This document shows positions 35,024-46,747 of a stretch of 64,000 nucleotides of DNA, piece by piece (within the stretch, counting starts at the first letter, position 1; each line of letters opens with the position of its first letter). Location: NCBI GenBank assembly GCA_025558095.1, contig JAIVFI010000045.1:142728-206727 (forward strand), given 5' to 3'. Source of the DNA: Hyaloraphidium curvatum SAG 235-1. Lineage: Eukaryota; Fungi; Monoblepharomycota. The notes under the pieces were generated by a model that saw only the letters and a program-made list of their open reading frames with translations, searched no databases and was not told the DNA's origin. Made by a program: the position numbers and the translations under genes.

Positions 35024-37273
35024 ATGGATCGCTGCGGCAGCGCATCCACTGCGACTTCGGACGGGTCCGACGACGTGCCGCTGCCGCCCCCCACGGACGT
35101 CGGCGAGCTGGTCGCGCCGGCGGCCCCTGGGGGCGTCGGCGAGGGCGACTTGCTCGCGGGCGAGAGCGGCGTCGACCGGCGGCTGCGGGGGATCGTGGGC
35201 GGCGGCAGCCCGGCGCGGCAGACCCCGGGCCCGGTGGCGGGGGGGGCGGAGCGTGGTCCGGCGGAGGCGCCGACCGACCCCGGCACGCCGGCCCGCGGCC
35301 AGCCGGACCAGGCGCAGAGCGACAACGACACGGCAAACGACGCGCTGATCGCGCAGCTGCTGCAGGCCGAGTTCGAGGCCGAGGCGCGCGAGGCCGCAGA
35401 GAGCGAGCGGCGCGCGAGGGAGTCCCAGGGGCAGCGGCTGCCCGCCCAGCCCGCCCAGCCCGCGCCGTGGAGGCCGCCGCCGGTCGAGCTGCCGCCGCAG
35501 AAGCCGCCGCGCTCGCGCGTCGCGTCGCAGGAGGTCATCGGGGGCGGCGCCGGGCAGCAGCCCCAGTCGCCGACAAACCAGGGGTCCCAACCTGGGCAGG
35601 GGGGACAGGCACGCAGGCCCTCGCCGGCCTGGCTCGCCGCGCAGCAGCCCCTTCCCCGGCCTCCGACGGACGTCCCGCCTTCCAACCCGCTCCCGGCCCC
35701 ACCGCGCCCCCCGCCGCGCGACGACCTCCCCGACCCCCCCTCCCCCGACCGCCCCTCCCTCCTCCCCCCCGCCCCCCCCTCCGATCCCACCGTCCCCCCC
35801 TTCCTGTCCCTCCTCCGCACCCCCGCCCTCGCCCCGCTGCTCCCCTTCCTCCGCTCCTTCCTCGCAAACTTCCCCAACGTGCCCCCCGAGCGCCGCCCGG
35901 GCGAGTGGCACGGGTACATGGCCCGCCTCAGGCCGCAGGTCGCTTCGTTGGAGCCCTTCCGCGAGGACCCAGAGCGGGGGATGGAGGGCGTCGAGAAGCT
36001 GCTCCTCACAAAGGTCTACCCGCTCGTGTTTGCCCCCGGCCCGGACAGGGAAGCCGACTCGCGGCTGCGCAAGAACCTCGCCAAGCACGCGTGGGTCACG
36101 CCGTCCCGCCTGGAGGTGCGGCACGACCCCGCCAAATCCGGGCATTGGGACCTCGCAGGGCGCGAGCTGGCGCGGCTGGAGGAGTACCGCGCGCCGCGGG
36201 ACAAGCTCACGGTGCTGTGCAACGCGTGCCGCGTGGTCGTGCTCCTGCTGGACCCGCCGTCCCCCGCGCGGGCGGCGCCGAACCCGGGGCCGGCAAGCGA
36301 CGGCAACGCGTCGCCGGTCTCGGTCGCTTCCTCGGCCTTTGACTCGCCGCTGCCCTCGGCCGACTCGCTCCTCCCCGCGCTCATCGCCCTCCTCGTGCTG
36401 CACCCCCCGCCCGCGCTGTTCTCCAACCTGCACTACGTCCAGCGCTACCGGCACCAGCCGCTGACGGGCGAGGAGGGCTACATCCTCACCTCGTGGGCGG
36501 CGGCGGGCGAGTGGGCGGCGCGGATGGGCGCGCGGGAGCTCCGCATGGCCGAGGCCGAGTGGCGCGCCGCGTGCGGCGCGGAGGAGGGGCGGAGGAGCGC
36601 CGAGGCGCGGAGGAGCCAGGAGGCGCGGAGGAGCACGGAGGGGCAGAGGGAGGGCGGGGTGGCGGAGGCGCTCCTGCGGCCGCTGCAGTGGTTCGGGCGG
36701 CTGCTCGACGACGGCGCGGGGGCGGGGAGGTCGGCGAGCTTCAATGCGCCCGGTGCGGCGGCGCCGGTGGGCCAGCCGCAGGGGGTGCAGAGGAGCGCGA
36801 GCCAGCCGCCCAGTTCGCGCGCCGCGGCCGCAGCCGGTGGGGACGAGGTACCCCCGTGGATGCGCGGGCTGAGCGAGGAGGAAAGGAGGAGGTACGAGGA
36901 TTTCGAGGGGCAGATGCGGTGGGCGCTGGAGCAGAGCGAGCGCGAAGCCAGCGAGGCCGAGGCGGTGCGGCGGGCGGCGGTCGAGGCCGCACGTGCCGAC
37001 GGGGCGGGGGAGGCGGTGAAGAGGGGGGCGGCCAAGGTGGATCTGCTCACGGGGGACGACGGGGCGGACGGGCTGCCGCCGCCGATGGGGGCGATCGGGG
37101 TCGGTGTGGCGGCGGTTGCGGCGGGGGAGGACGACGACGACGAGGTGCCGCTGGCGAGGAGGAAGGGCACGGCGGGTGCGGCCGCGGACGGGGCGGCGGC
37201 GAGTGCGGACGGCGGGAAGGGCCACGAGAACGGGGCGGACGGCGGGGAGGGCCAAGAGAATGGGACGGCGTAG
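35024..37273 (+). CDS. VPS9-domain Rab5 GEF with UIM-like motifs
   Basis: MEGVEKLLLTKVY, YRAPRDKL..CN.C, SADSLLP.LI, L.SNLHYVQRYR, GEEGY.LTS. Confidence 0.9.
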   Translation: MDRCGSASTATSDGSDDVPLPPPTDVGELVAPAAPGGVGEGDLLAGESGVDRRLRGIVGGGSPARQTPGPVAGGAERGPAEAPTDPGTPARGQPDQAQSDNDTANDALIAQLLQAEFEAEAREAAESERRARESQGQRLPAQPAQPAPWRPPPVELPPQKPPRSRVASQEVIGGGAGQQPQSPTNQGSQPGQGGQARRPSPAWLAAQQPLPRPPTDVPPSNPLPAPPRPPPRDDLPDPPSPDRPSLLPPAPPSDPTVPPFLSLLRTPALAPLLPFLRSFLANFPNVPPERRPGEWHGYMARLRPQVASLEPFREDPERGMEGVEKLLLTKVYPLVFAPGPDREADSRLRKNLAKHAWVTPSRLEVRHDPAKSGHWDLAGRELARLEEYRAPRDKLTVLCNACRVVVLLLDPPSPARAAPNPGPASDGNASPVSVASSAFDSPLPSADSLLPALIALLVLHPPPALFSNLHYVQRYRHQPLTGEEGYILTSWAAAGEWAARMGARELRMAEAEWRAACGAEEGRRSAEARRSQEARRSTEGQREGGVAEALLRPLQWFGRLLDDGAGAGRSASFNAPGAAAPVGQPQGVQRSASQPPSSRAAAAAGGDEVPPWMRGLSEEERRRYEDFEGQMRWALEQSEREASEAEAVRRAAVEAARADGAGEAVKRGAAKVDLLTGDDGADGLPPPMGAIGVGVAAVAAGEDDDDEVPLARRKGTAGAAADGAAASADGGKGHENGADGGEGQENGTA

Positions 37274-38040
37274 AGGTGGCGAGGCTCAGGTCGCGAGCGA
37301 TCCGATCTTGCGATTCCGATACACGATGGCGGGAAGTCTAAAACTGGGAGAGGTGCAGCAGATGGTCCGTGTCTGCATGCGACGCACGCGGCGGTGGAAT
37401 CTGCGCTGCGGAGCCCGCGTGTTGGGTTGCGTCCCAGGCAGGCCGATTTGCCGACACGTATCGGACGCTTCGCATCCGCAGAGACGGAAGCGCGCATCGC
37501 CGCTTCGGGCACCCCGCGGCGTGCGGATGCGAGCCCCGCGGAGCCGCAGCTTGCGTCCCGGCTTGCGCCCCGGACGCTCCCCGCACCATCTCGTTGACGC
37601 GGGTCCATGTCTGGCGGGATGGGGCGCAAGCTTGCGGCCACCGAGATCCCGGACGCGCGCATCCCCCGGTCCTCCGTGCGCCCGGAATGCCGGACGCGGG
37701 GCGGCGAGCGGGGATCGGCGGGTCCGGTGGCGGGGCGGGCCGGCGTCCCTCGCCGGAGGGGGAGAAGGGAGGGCCGGGCTCAGGACCCGATGCCGGGCGG
37801 CTACGGATTTTGGAGCATAAACGGCGAAACAGCATGCCGGAGGGACGGACGCGAGGCTGCAGGGGGATTCCGTTTGGGCGGGTTGCGGGCGGGGTCATGG
37901 GCGGGGAGGGGATGGGGAAAGGGTGGGGCGGCGGCATCCCTCGCCGCTTCCGAGGTTTCCCCGGGTCGGGACCGCGGCCATCATACGATCGAACGGCCGC
38001 GCGTGGCAAGCGACCCACCGCATAACTGCCCGTTAAAAGC

Positions 38041-39057
38041 ATGCCCTCCGCGCCGGCGCCGATGTCGGACAAGGCCGCGGCGGTGCGCGGGCCGCCGGCG
38101 GGGTTGGCGTCGCGCAGACGGGAGCGGTACCGCGGGGACGGCGTGCCGGCGACGCTGGAGGAGCTCGGGCCGGCGGGCACCGCCGTGCTGTCCGCGTACT
38201 CCGCCGCCGGCGTGCTGCTGGAAAGGCTGCGCGCGTCGCTCGGCGTGGGCGCCGCCGGGCCGGGCCGGGGCGCCGCGGCGCGCGACGACGCGCCCGCCCG
38301 CGAGGTGCTCCGCGCCGCCGCGCACACGGACTGGTTCGCAGACGCCGTGCGCAAGCTCGGATCGGCCGAGGTGCCGCCCAAGGCCGGGCCCCGCGCGAGG
38401 ATGGCGCTGCACGACGCGCGGGCGGGCCCGTTCGGCTCGCTGGCGGCATCCATCAGCCTGGCCGCGCAGGGCAGGGACGAGGAGGGCGACGGCGTGCGGG
38501 CGTACTACCTCGCCCGCGATGCACGCAAGCTGATGCGCGCCGCGGTGCCCGATCTGGACCCGGCCGCCGCCGCCGCAGACACCCTGCCCAAGCTGCACGC
38601 CGTCGGCCTGCTCGTGGAAAAGTGGCAATCCGCACTGCACCGCCTCCCCGCCGGCGGCCCCTCCGCCAGGTTCGAGGTCGAGTGTTCCCTGGTGGGCGCC
38701 GTCGCCGAACGCTGTGTCGAGTTTGCAGCCCTGGACGGGGTGATCTACGCCTGCGCCGCTGCGGCGGTCCGCGCCTCGATCGACGGCAAGGTGAAGCTCA
38801 CCATCTCTCCCGTACGGCCCACGGACGGCCGCACGGCGCCGGATGCGCGGTTCATGTTCACCACCGCCGCCTCCTTCTCCCCCGACCCGGCTCCGCTTTT
38901 CATGCCCGGCACCGGGGCCGACAACCTCGCCCTGTGCGCCGAGATGGTCGGCGAAGCGTACGGCGTGGACCCCGAGGAGGCCGTGGAGGATGGGTACGTC
39001 GGCGCGGCGGTGCGGGGAGGTGCGCTGGCGCTGTGGGTTCACTGGCCGACAGCGTGA
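38041..39057 (+). CDS. Intronless bacterial-type histidine-kinase/GHKL-like protein, apparently degenerate
   Basis: H-box-like ALHDARAG, ARD..KLMR..DLD, C.EF.ALD.VIY, L.LCAEMV..YG, GYVGA, WVHWP; the expected N-box Asn residues read as Ala. Confidence 0.5.
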   Translation: MPSAPAPMSDKAAAVRGPPAGLASRRRERYRGDGVPATLEELGPAGTAVLSAYSAAGVLLERLRASLGVGAAGPGRGAAARDDAPAREVLRAAAHTDWFADAVRKLGSAEVPPKAGPRARMALHDARAGPFGSLAASISLAAQGRDEEGDGVRAYYLARDARKLMRAAVPDLDPAAAAADTLPKLHAVGLLVEKWQSALHRLPAGGPSARFEVECSLVGAVAERCVEFAALDGVIYACAAAAVRASIDGKVKLTISPVRPTDGRTAPDARFMFTTAASFSPDPAPLFMPGTGADNLALCAEMVGEAYGVDPEEAVEDGYVGAAVRGGALALWVHWPTA

Positions 39058-39263
39058 CGGGCACGAGGATGGAGCGGAGCCCGGTACGGCTTGGGGAGTG
39101 GGAGCGTGTAGACAACGGGAAGATAGACAGCCCGCGGATTTTCGGTCTTGCATCATCGCCGTCTAATTGCCGTTCATGTATCTTGGCGCCTCCGGTCAGC
39201 AACGGGGAGGGGCGCGCTCAAACAGCCTCAGCACCCCTCAGCACGCGCGGCCCTCCTCCCGCT

Positions 39264-41194
39264 ATGCCGCGACGGAGAACAATGCAATTGCTCCCCGCGA
39301 TCGCGCTGCTGCTGGCTGCGCTCCCCGGCGGCCTGTGTTTGCCCGCCGACCCGCTCGCGGCCGCGGCCGAGCTCGCCGCGCTGCGCCGCCGCCTGCCCCA
39401 ACGGATCGCGGTCGGCGCGCCGCAATTCGCCTCGGAATTGGCGGGCGATGAGGATTCGGCGGCGTCGGAGAGGGCCGCGGGGTTGGGCGCCGCGGCGGCA
39501 CGGCAGCTGCCCGCGAACCTCTCCGTCTTCTATTCCCCCATCGGCGGCGACCCGGGCTGCGGCTTCACCGTCTCCCTCGACATCGGCGGCGCGCACCCGT
39601 ACGATCTTATCCTCGACACCGGCTCCTCCATCTTTGCCGCGTCCACCTCGGCCTGCCCCGCGCTGGCGGGCTCGAACGACGAGGGCTGCAACCTCCCCCC
39701 AAAACCAATCTCCCTCCTCGCCAACGAGACCTCGACCTACGCGCAGAACTACGGCACCACCGCCAACCCCGCCGGCTGGACCGGCAACCTCACCTCGCGC
39801 GCCGTCTCCGCCCCCCTGTGGTCCTCCTCCCGCGCGCCGCTCTCCGTGTCCCCGTACACCCTCGTCGGGATCACCGCCGCCACATCCTTCTTCGACCCGC
39901 GATGTCCGCACTCGGAGGGGATCCTGGGGATCGGCACCGCCTCGGTGTGCCTCGCGTCGGGGGAATGCCCGCTGATCCCGTTCCCCGAGCCCTTTTTCCG
40001 GGGGCTCAACTCCGCTTCCTCCGCGGTTCCGAGGGGATACGCGCTGCAGCTGTGCGGCAACGGCACGGACCCGTCGAATTCCGAGTACGCCACGATGGGC
40101 GGCAACTTCTGGTTCGGCGGCGCCGACTCGCGGTTCCTCGCCGAACCGTTCCAGTGGGCCGGCATCCTCGACGGGACGCGGTACGACAACGGGTCGGGCA
40201 CCATCGCCGTCGACCTCAAGGCGTTCCAGGTCGACGGCGAAACGGCCGCCGAGGTCGGCTGGACGCGCACCGGCCCCGTGATCGCCGACTCGGGAACCTC
40301 CCTGCTCGTCATGGGCTCCGATCTGTTCTCCAAGGTGTCGGCGGCGATGCGCAACGCGAGCTTCGTCGAATTCGACCCGCGGGTGTCGGCCCGCTCGGTG
40401 GAGCAGTTCTGGTCGGGCATGGGCTACGCCATCATCGTGCCCTGCACCTACGTCACCTTCGGCACCTCGACCCTCTCGCTGCTCGTCGCCGGCCCCGAAT
40501 CCTCCCCGGGGGACGTCTCCCTCCCCCTCGACCCCACCGCGCTGATCCTCCGCCGCGCGGTTCCGTGTCCCTCCAACCCGCAGGGCGTGCTGGACTGCAT
40601 GCAGGTGCAGCTCGCCATCGCGCTGAGCGGGCAGAGGGCGGGCATCACCATCCTGGGCGCGCCGGCGTTCCAGGGCAGGGTGGTGTTCTTCGATTTCCCG
40701 GGGAGGAGGGCGGGGTGGGCCGGGAGCGTGGGATGCAGGGGCGGTGGGTCGTCGTTTGCCGGCGCGGTTCGCACGTGGGGCTGACTGTTTCGTTGGCAGG
40801 TCCGACGCCGTCGGCGCAGGGGATCGACATCTTCCCCGGCGCGCTGTACAGGGAGCCCAGCATCACGACGCAGCCCGTGCCGGACGCCTACCCGCCTGCA
40901 ACCTGCGGTGGCCAGCCCGCGACAAGCACCGCGGTGCCGACCACCGCGCGAACCACGTCCGAAACCACCACGTCGAGGACGTCGAGGACGACGACGGGGG
41001 TCAGGACGACGACGGTGTTCACGATCGACACCGAGGTGACCGTCGCGACGTCTTCCGCTTCCGCGGCGACCAGCGCGGCCACCAGCGCGGTGCCGACGTC
41101 GACGACGTCGCGGCCATCGGCGGCGGAAAGGACCTTCGGAGGGCGGGGATGGGCGGCGCTGGCGGGCCTCGTCGCGCTCGCCATCGCGGTCTGA
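39264..41194 (+). CDS. Secreted A1 aspartic protease with S/T-rich stalk and GPI-like signal; intron near 40744-40799
   Basis: Signal peptide, ILDTGSS, GILGIG, IADSGTS, ILGAP, hydrophobic C-terminus. Confidence 0.9.
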
Positions 41195-41261
41195 CGCTCG
41201 ATTATGCCGCCGGTATATCCGCATACCCGTATCTGAGCCAGTAGAGCTGCCGTGCCACGGA

Positions 41262-42118
41262 TCACTTGGGGGGCTCGGTGGACGAGATGCTCTCCCTCTC
41301 GAGCGCCTTGGCGTAGTAAGCCGCGACCTTGGGCGGGATTGCGAGCTCGGGGAAGCGGAAGCGGAGGTAGCCGATCGCGCAGACCGTCTGCGCGGTTGAG
41401 GAAAGCCGCGTCAGAGCCTGCCTGAGGCGGCAATAGGGGAGGGAAACCCACCGTAACTTCCCCGATCGTCATCTTGTCCACGGGCGCCAGCGAGTCGGCC
41501 TCCTTCTCGAGCTGGGCGAGGGCGGCGTGCACCTTCTTCATCTGCCCGTCGGTCCAATCCTTCCACCGGAACTCCTCGGGGCGCAGGGCGTTCTCGTAGC
41601 TTCCCGACGGTAAAGTCAGACCAAACCCCCCACGGGGATCGCCGAACGAAACCAACCGGACGAGGATCGCGGCGTCGAGGATGCCGTCCGCGAGGGCTTG
41701 CAGCCTCAGGGCCTTCCAGCGGGACGCGTCCGAGGGGAAGAACTTGGGCGCGGAGAGCGAGTCGAGGTACTCGCAGATGACGGGGGAATCGTAGAGGGAT
41801 TCGCCCGACGGGAGGACGAGCGCGGGGACCTTGGCGAGGGGGTTGGCTGCGCGTGGGAAGGGCGGTCAAGAACGCGTCTCTCGACGGCGAGACGGAGGGC
41901 GGTTACCATCGTCCGTAGTGGTGACCTTGATGGTGTAGGGTGATCAGCGGTGGAGGGGTGGATAGCCCCGGGAGTAGAGAACTGACCTTGATGTTGGGCG
42001 CGACCGCCGCGGCGAACTTTTCGATGCGGTCCCAGATGCCGTGCTCCTTGGCCACGACGGCGACCTTGCGCGCATAGGGCGAGGTGGGGGAGAAATGCAG
42101 CGTGCCGAGGGAGGCCAT
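41262..42118 (-). CDS. Glutathione S-transferase (bacterial YibF-like), multi-exon
   Basis: SPTSPYARKV, NPLAKVPAL, LYDSPVICEYLD, ADGILDAAIL. Confidence 0.88.
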
Positions 42119-42460
42119 GGCGCGTGAGAAGGCGGGGTTGCGGCGCGTGGAGGCGGGGATGCGGCGCGGGGCGAGGCGGGAGGCGGAAGGCAGGAAGGCG
42201 GATGCCAGGTTTCGGGGCCTAGGTGGTGCTCCGCGAGATTTCGTGCGTCGAATCGCGTGATTGGGAGTTGGGAGACGTTGGAGGCAAAAGACGCGCGACG
42301 GTGTGTGGACTTGGCCAGCTGTTATGCGAGCTCTTGCGGGACGGGCCCTGCAGCTGAGTTTCTGCGTCTGTACCTTCGCATCATGCTCATCTTTCATCCG
42401 TCGAGCAGTCTAAACTACCTCGGAAGAAGACGATCGAGTGAGCCGACGCCTCGCCCGCAG

Positions 42461-43961
42461 CTATCCTGCCGTTCCAAACTCGACCAGCAACCACAGGTCA
42501 TAGACGATCTTCAGTCCTCCTAGTAGATACCAGATCATATCCGGACGCCCGATCTGGAACAGCCAGCCCGCCAGGCCCGGTCCGAGCGCCGTGGCGAGGC
42601 CCTTTGCGATATTGAATGCGCCCATCATCTGCGTTCGGTGCTCGGCGGGGGCGATCTGGGCTTGGAAAGACGCCCGCGGCACCGTGTCCATCTGTGACAG
42701 GGAGAACCGGGCAAACAGCAGCGCAGCAGCCTGCTCCGAAGTCCGCGCAAAGGGCAGGGCGGCGGCGAGCACGTTGGAAGGCAGGTGCGTAAAGACCATC
42801 GTCCTGACGAGCCCGAAGCGCCGCGCGACGAGCGGAGCAAGCAGTACGGAAACGCCCGCAATGATCTGGGTGATGGAAAGGAGAGATCCGAGGGAGGACA
42901 TTGGTAGATGAAAACGATCGTCGAACCACAGCGCCAGCAGCGACCCCGTCCCCAGAGAGCCCGCAAAGGAATCGAGGGCAAAGAGCACGCAGAGCCGAGT
43001 CGTCAACCTGGCCAGCTCCGGGGGCAAGGGCGGCGGGGAGGCAGAAGGGTTCCGCGGTACGGCTTTGCCAAGTAGCGGCGACCTTTCCGAAGGGTGCATC
43101 GTTGGACTCGCTATTTGTCTGACCCGGTACCCGCTGTCCAAGGGTTTCTTGCACATCCTCTGCTGTCCCAGGTTCGGCGTCCTCTTCCACTGGGAGGCCG
43201 TCTTCCGGCTCCTTGGGCTTCGACTCCGCCGGCTGAAACTCCACTTCCCGCGAAAGCAGTCCAAACATACCCGCCAGGAAGAGCCCCGTGACGCTGTAAC
43301 CCCACATGACCGCGCGCAGGCTGTCCAGATGGGTAAACCCACGGTCAGCAAGCCCGGCAACGCCCATGCCTGCGGCCCAAGCTCCTGCGCCGGCGGAGCA
43401 GTATCCAACAAACTGGTACAGCCCAAACAGGCTCGTCCGATCGTGCTTGGCGCCCTCGTCGTCGCCCGGATGCGCGCGGGCCACCAGATCGGAAAGCACA
43501 GACTGTTCCAGGGCGACCGCAGGGCCGACCTCGAATCCCGAAGGCGACACGACACCAAGGGTCGCGGCGAGCGTGATTACCACGAGGCCCGCAGTCCGCT
43601 TCCATGGCTCGTTCCCCACGGCCTCGGGGCCCAGCCACGGTGCCACAGCAAAAATGGCACCTGCCAACGCCATCAGCAGCGATGAAACAACTAGCGAGGC
43701 GCGCCTGCCCCATCTGTGGTCGGCGTTGCGAGTCACAAGCAGCGAGAAGCCAGCGTCGCCAAACAGCGTCAGCGAGAGAATGACTCCGGTTTCGGCAGCG
43801 TCGAGGCCTAACGCGGCGAAGTACATGGCGAGGAAGAAGCCCAAAGCGCCGTATCCAATCAGCCGGACGGCCCTAGTCGCGAAGAGAGCGCGTCCCGAGG
43901 CAGGAAGCGCGACGAGAGGGCCCACGCCCAGCGGCAGCGCACGTGCAGAGACGCAGGACAT
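42461..43961 (-). CDS. MFS transporter (two ORF halves, intron or frame change near 43100)
   Basis: LFATRAVRLIGYG, ADHRWGRR, SPSG.EVGP..EQ, LFALDSFAG, GLVRTMVFTHLPSN, LSQMD.VPR, LKIVYD. Confidence 0.85.
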
Positions 43962-44520
43962 GATCAGACTCGCGTCGAGAGATCGACGCGTGCTTCAGCG
44001 CGGCCGGGCCGGACAACAAACAAATGTTGCAGGACTTTCTAGGTTCGCTTCTCGCGTACTCGCGGCGTCGCCGTCGCCTCAGGGCCGGTCATCAACCGCC
44101 ATCGCACTCGAGTTCCATCGTGGAAGCCGCCGTTCTCGCCTGCGGGGTAAGCATCGGTTCGGAAACACGCGGCGCCGCACGGGAGGCTCGACCCGAATGA
44201 TTTCAAACATGAAGCTGAGGCGAGATTACCCTTTCGCCGTTTGCATGGTGAAACAACGAGATTTCTGTCTGATGGGTCGTGCTGCACGCGCTGCTGAGCG
44301 GTTGGAGGCGGGCCGTGGGAACACTTGGGCTGACTATGCCTTCGGCCTCCTTCTGCTCCAGATACCTCGGTCTTGACGAGTTCAAGCCAGTTGGCAAGGG
44401 TTCGGTTGCCATGACAAAGGCATTATTTGGGATCCACCTCGAAAGTAGACATCGGCCCTCTTCCGCTTACAGAATCTACACTTTTCCAATAGACACGCTG
44501 TTGGACACTTCAAGATCCCC

Positions 44521-45432
44521 TCAAAGCTTTCCCTTCCTCCCCTCCACGGCGTCCAGGAATGGGACGAGCGCCTCCAGATACAGCGATGCGTTGGCATCGG
44601 TGGTGTCGTGCCCAACCCCGTCCAACATCGCCAACTTGGCCCCGGGGATCGAAGCGGCCGTGTCCTTGCCTCCCTCGGGATTGACCAGGGGGTCCGCATT
44701 GCCGTGGATGACCAGCGCCGGGCACTTCAGGCTCTTGAGCTTCTCGTGCCGGGGCTCGGTGCCCATGATTGCGGCCATCTGCCGCGAGATGCCCGCCAGG
44801 TCCGGCGGCGCGCGGCGCACGACGAGGTCGGCGACCGCATCCAGTTGAGCGTCGGAGAGCTGGTATTTGGGCGAGCCGATAACGCGCTGCGCGGCCTTGT
44901 AGGCGTCCTTGCGGTCCTCGATTGATAGGGACTTCGGAGCCTGGTTCAGCACGACCTGCGCCGCGGGGCTGGGGCCCGGGAGACCCGGCCGGCCCGTGCT
45001 CGACATGACCGAGGTGAGGCTCTTGACCTTGTGCGGGTGCTCCAGGGCCACCAGCTGCGCGATGTAGCCGCCCATCGATGCACCGACGACGTGGGCCTTC
45101 TCGATCCCCAGGGCGGTCAGCACCCCGGCCGAATCCTTGGCCATGTCGTGCAGCGTGTACTTGGCGCCCTTGTAGACCTGGCCCTTGGCGACCGCCGCAC
45201 CGGCTTCCTTCAGGTTGCCAGGGCCGAGGTCGTGGAGGTGCGTCGACAGGCCGACGTCGCGATTGTCGAACCTCACGACGCGATAGCCCCGGTCCACGAG
45301 CCCCTGCACAATCGCCATGGGCCATTCCACCATCTGGGCCGTGAACCCGTGGATGAGGAGAACCACGGGGTCGTTGGGAGACCCGTGGACGTCGTACTCG
45401 AACGTGAGCCCATTCGCCTTGATTTGCGGCAT
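44521..45432 (-). CDS. Alpha/beta hydrolase, intronless
   Basis: LLIHG, FDNRDVGLS, GASMGG nucleophile elbow, IHGNADPLV, GVGH. Confidence 0.92.
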   Translation of the reverse strand: MPQIKANGLTFEYDVHGSPNDPVVLLIHGFTAQMVEWPMAIVQGLVDRGYRVVRFDNRDVGLSTHLHDLGPGNLKEAGAAVAKGQVYKGAKYTLHDMAKDSAGVLTALGIEKAHVVGASMGGYIAQLVALEHPHKVKSLTSVMSSTGRPGLPGPSPAAQVVLNQAPKSLSIEDRKDAYKAAQRVIGSPKYQLSDAQLDAVADLVVRRAPPDLAGISRQMAAIMGTEPRHEKLKSLKCPALVIHGNADPLVNPEGGKDTAASIPGAKLAMLDGVGHDTTDANASLYLEALVPFLDAVEGRKGKL

Positions 45433-45672
45433 CGTGGGATATGGGAACTTTCGTACAACGAGCCGCTGAGTCGGCAGAGGACTCAAAGTGGTGAAATGGA
45501 GCAAGCGGGGGCCGAATCGGGCCGCGCGGCCGGCCGCCGATCGTCGGCGCCAACAACGCCATCAAAGGGAGACAAATTCATTCTCCACCGCGCCCGTGAG
45601 CCCTTTTGCCACTGCAGCATATACTTTATTCGCCTGACAACTGTCATTCGAAAGTGCTCAATCAACGTGGAG

Positions 45673-46202
45673 ATGGGCCCCAGCCGCGTGGACGTCGAGT
45701 GGTCGACAGTCGTTGATGCCCCCGTCGGCGACGTTTGGAAGCTCATCCGCAACTTCAACGACATCAAGAGCTGGCTCGTGGGTCGTCCGTCCATCAGTTT
45801 AACGAGGAGCCTCTAACGCGCGTTGCCGATTAGGGCGTCCCGACCACCATTGAAGGAGGCGGGCCCGACAACCAGGTCGGAGCCACCATCCGCGTCATCC
45901 CGCTGGGCCCCGGCCAGCTCCGCGAGCTCCTGGTCGCCCACTCGGACGAAGACCACTACATGAGCTACCGCATCCTCATGACGGAGGACGATAAGGCAAA
46001 GAACCCTTTCCCGGGGCCCATCGAGAACTACATTGGCACCCTCAAGCTCACCGAGATCAAGGACGGCAACCGCACGTTTGCCCACTGGGCTGTCAAGTTC
46101 TGGACCGATGCCGACAAGACCGAGCTGCTCGCGCAAGTGATCAACGGGGGCGTGACGCAGGGCGGGCTGGAGAAGCTGAGGGACCACTTTGCTAAGAAGT
46201 GA
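45673..46202 (+). CDS. SRPBCC / polyketide cyclase-like protein; one intron
   Basis: IDAP..DVWKLIRNFN, VGATIR, RELL, SY.I..P.PIENY. Confidence 0.8.
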
Positions 46203-46747
46203 AGATATGTGGTCGGAGCCACAGTCCGCCACTTGCCGTGGAAATGAAAAGAGCGCCGGAGCTACACGTAGGAGGATTTATAGACGTTCGTCGTCAATGC
46301 CGTACGGTGATCGAGAAGATTAGGAGCGTTGCCTTCGAGTAGCGGGCCGCATTGACCGGGGTCCACCGTTTCTAGCTCGACGCCCATTGTCCAGGAGCAT
46401 CGCAACCTAGAACGTGGGCAGCAGCGGAACGGATGGCCAACGCTGCGAGAAGCAAACGCTAGCAGCGTCAATCGACGGCTGGCCGATCACCTGGGGTCCA
46501 GAGGCTGGTGCTCCCGTTCCGTTCACTCATTCCGCACTCGCCTCGCCTCCTTAGAGTCGCGTCGGTTGCGCAGGGACATTGCCATCGGCCATTCAGTCGT
46601 CGCCCGGCGCTTGCGACTGCGATTAGAGCCTCTACTCGCGCCTCGGTTCTCGCGCGCTCCCTATCGCGCCAACCTTGCGGGCGACACGGCCGTTCCTCTT
46701 CCTCCCCTTCCCGTTAAAGCCGTCATCAGCTCCCCCCTGACGCGGCG

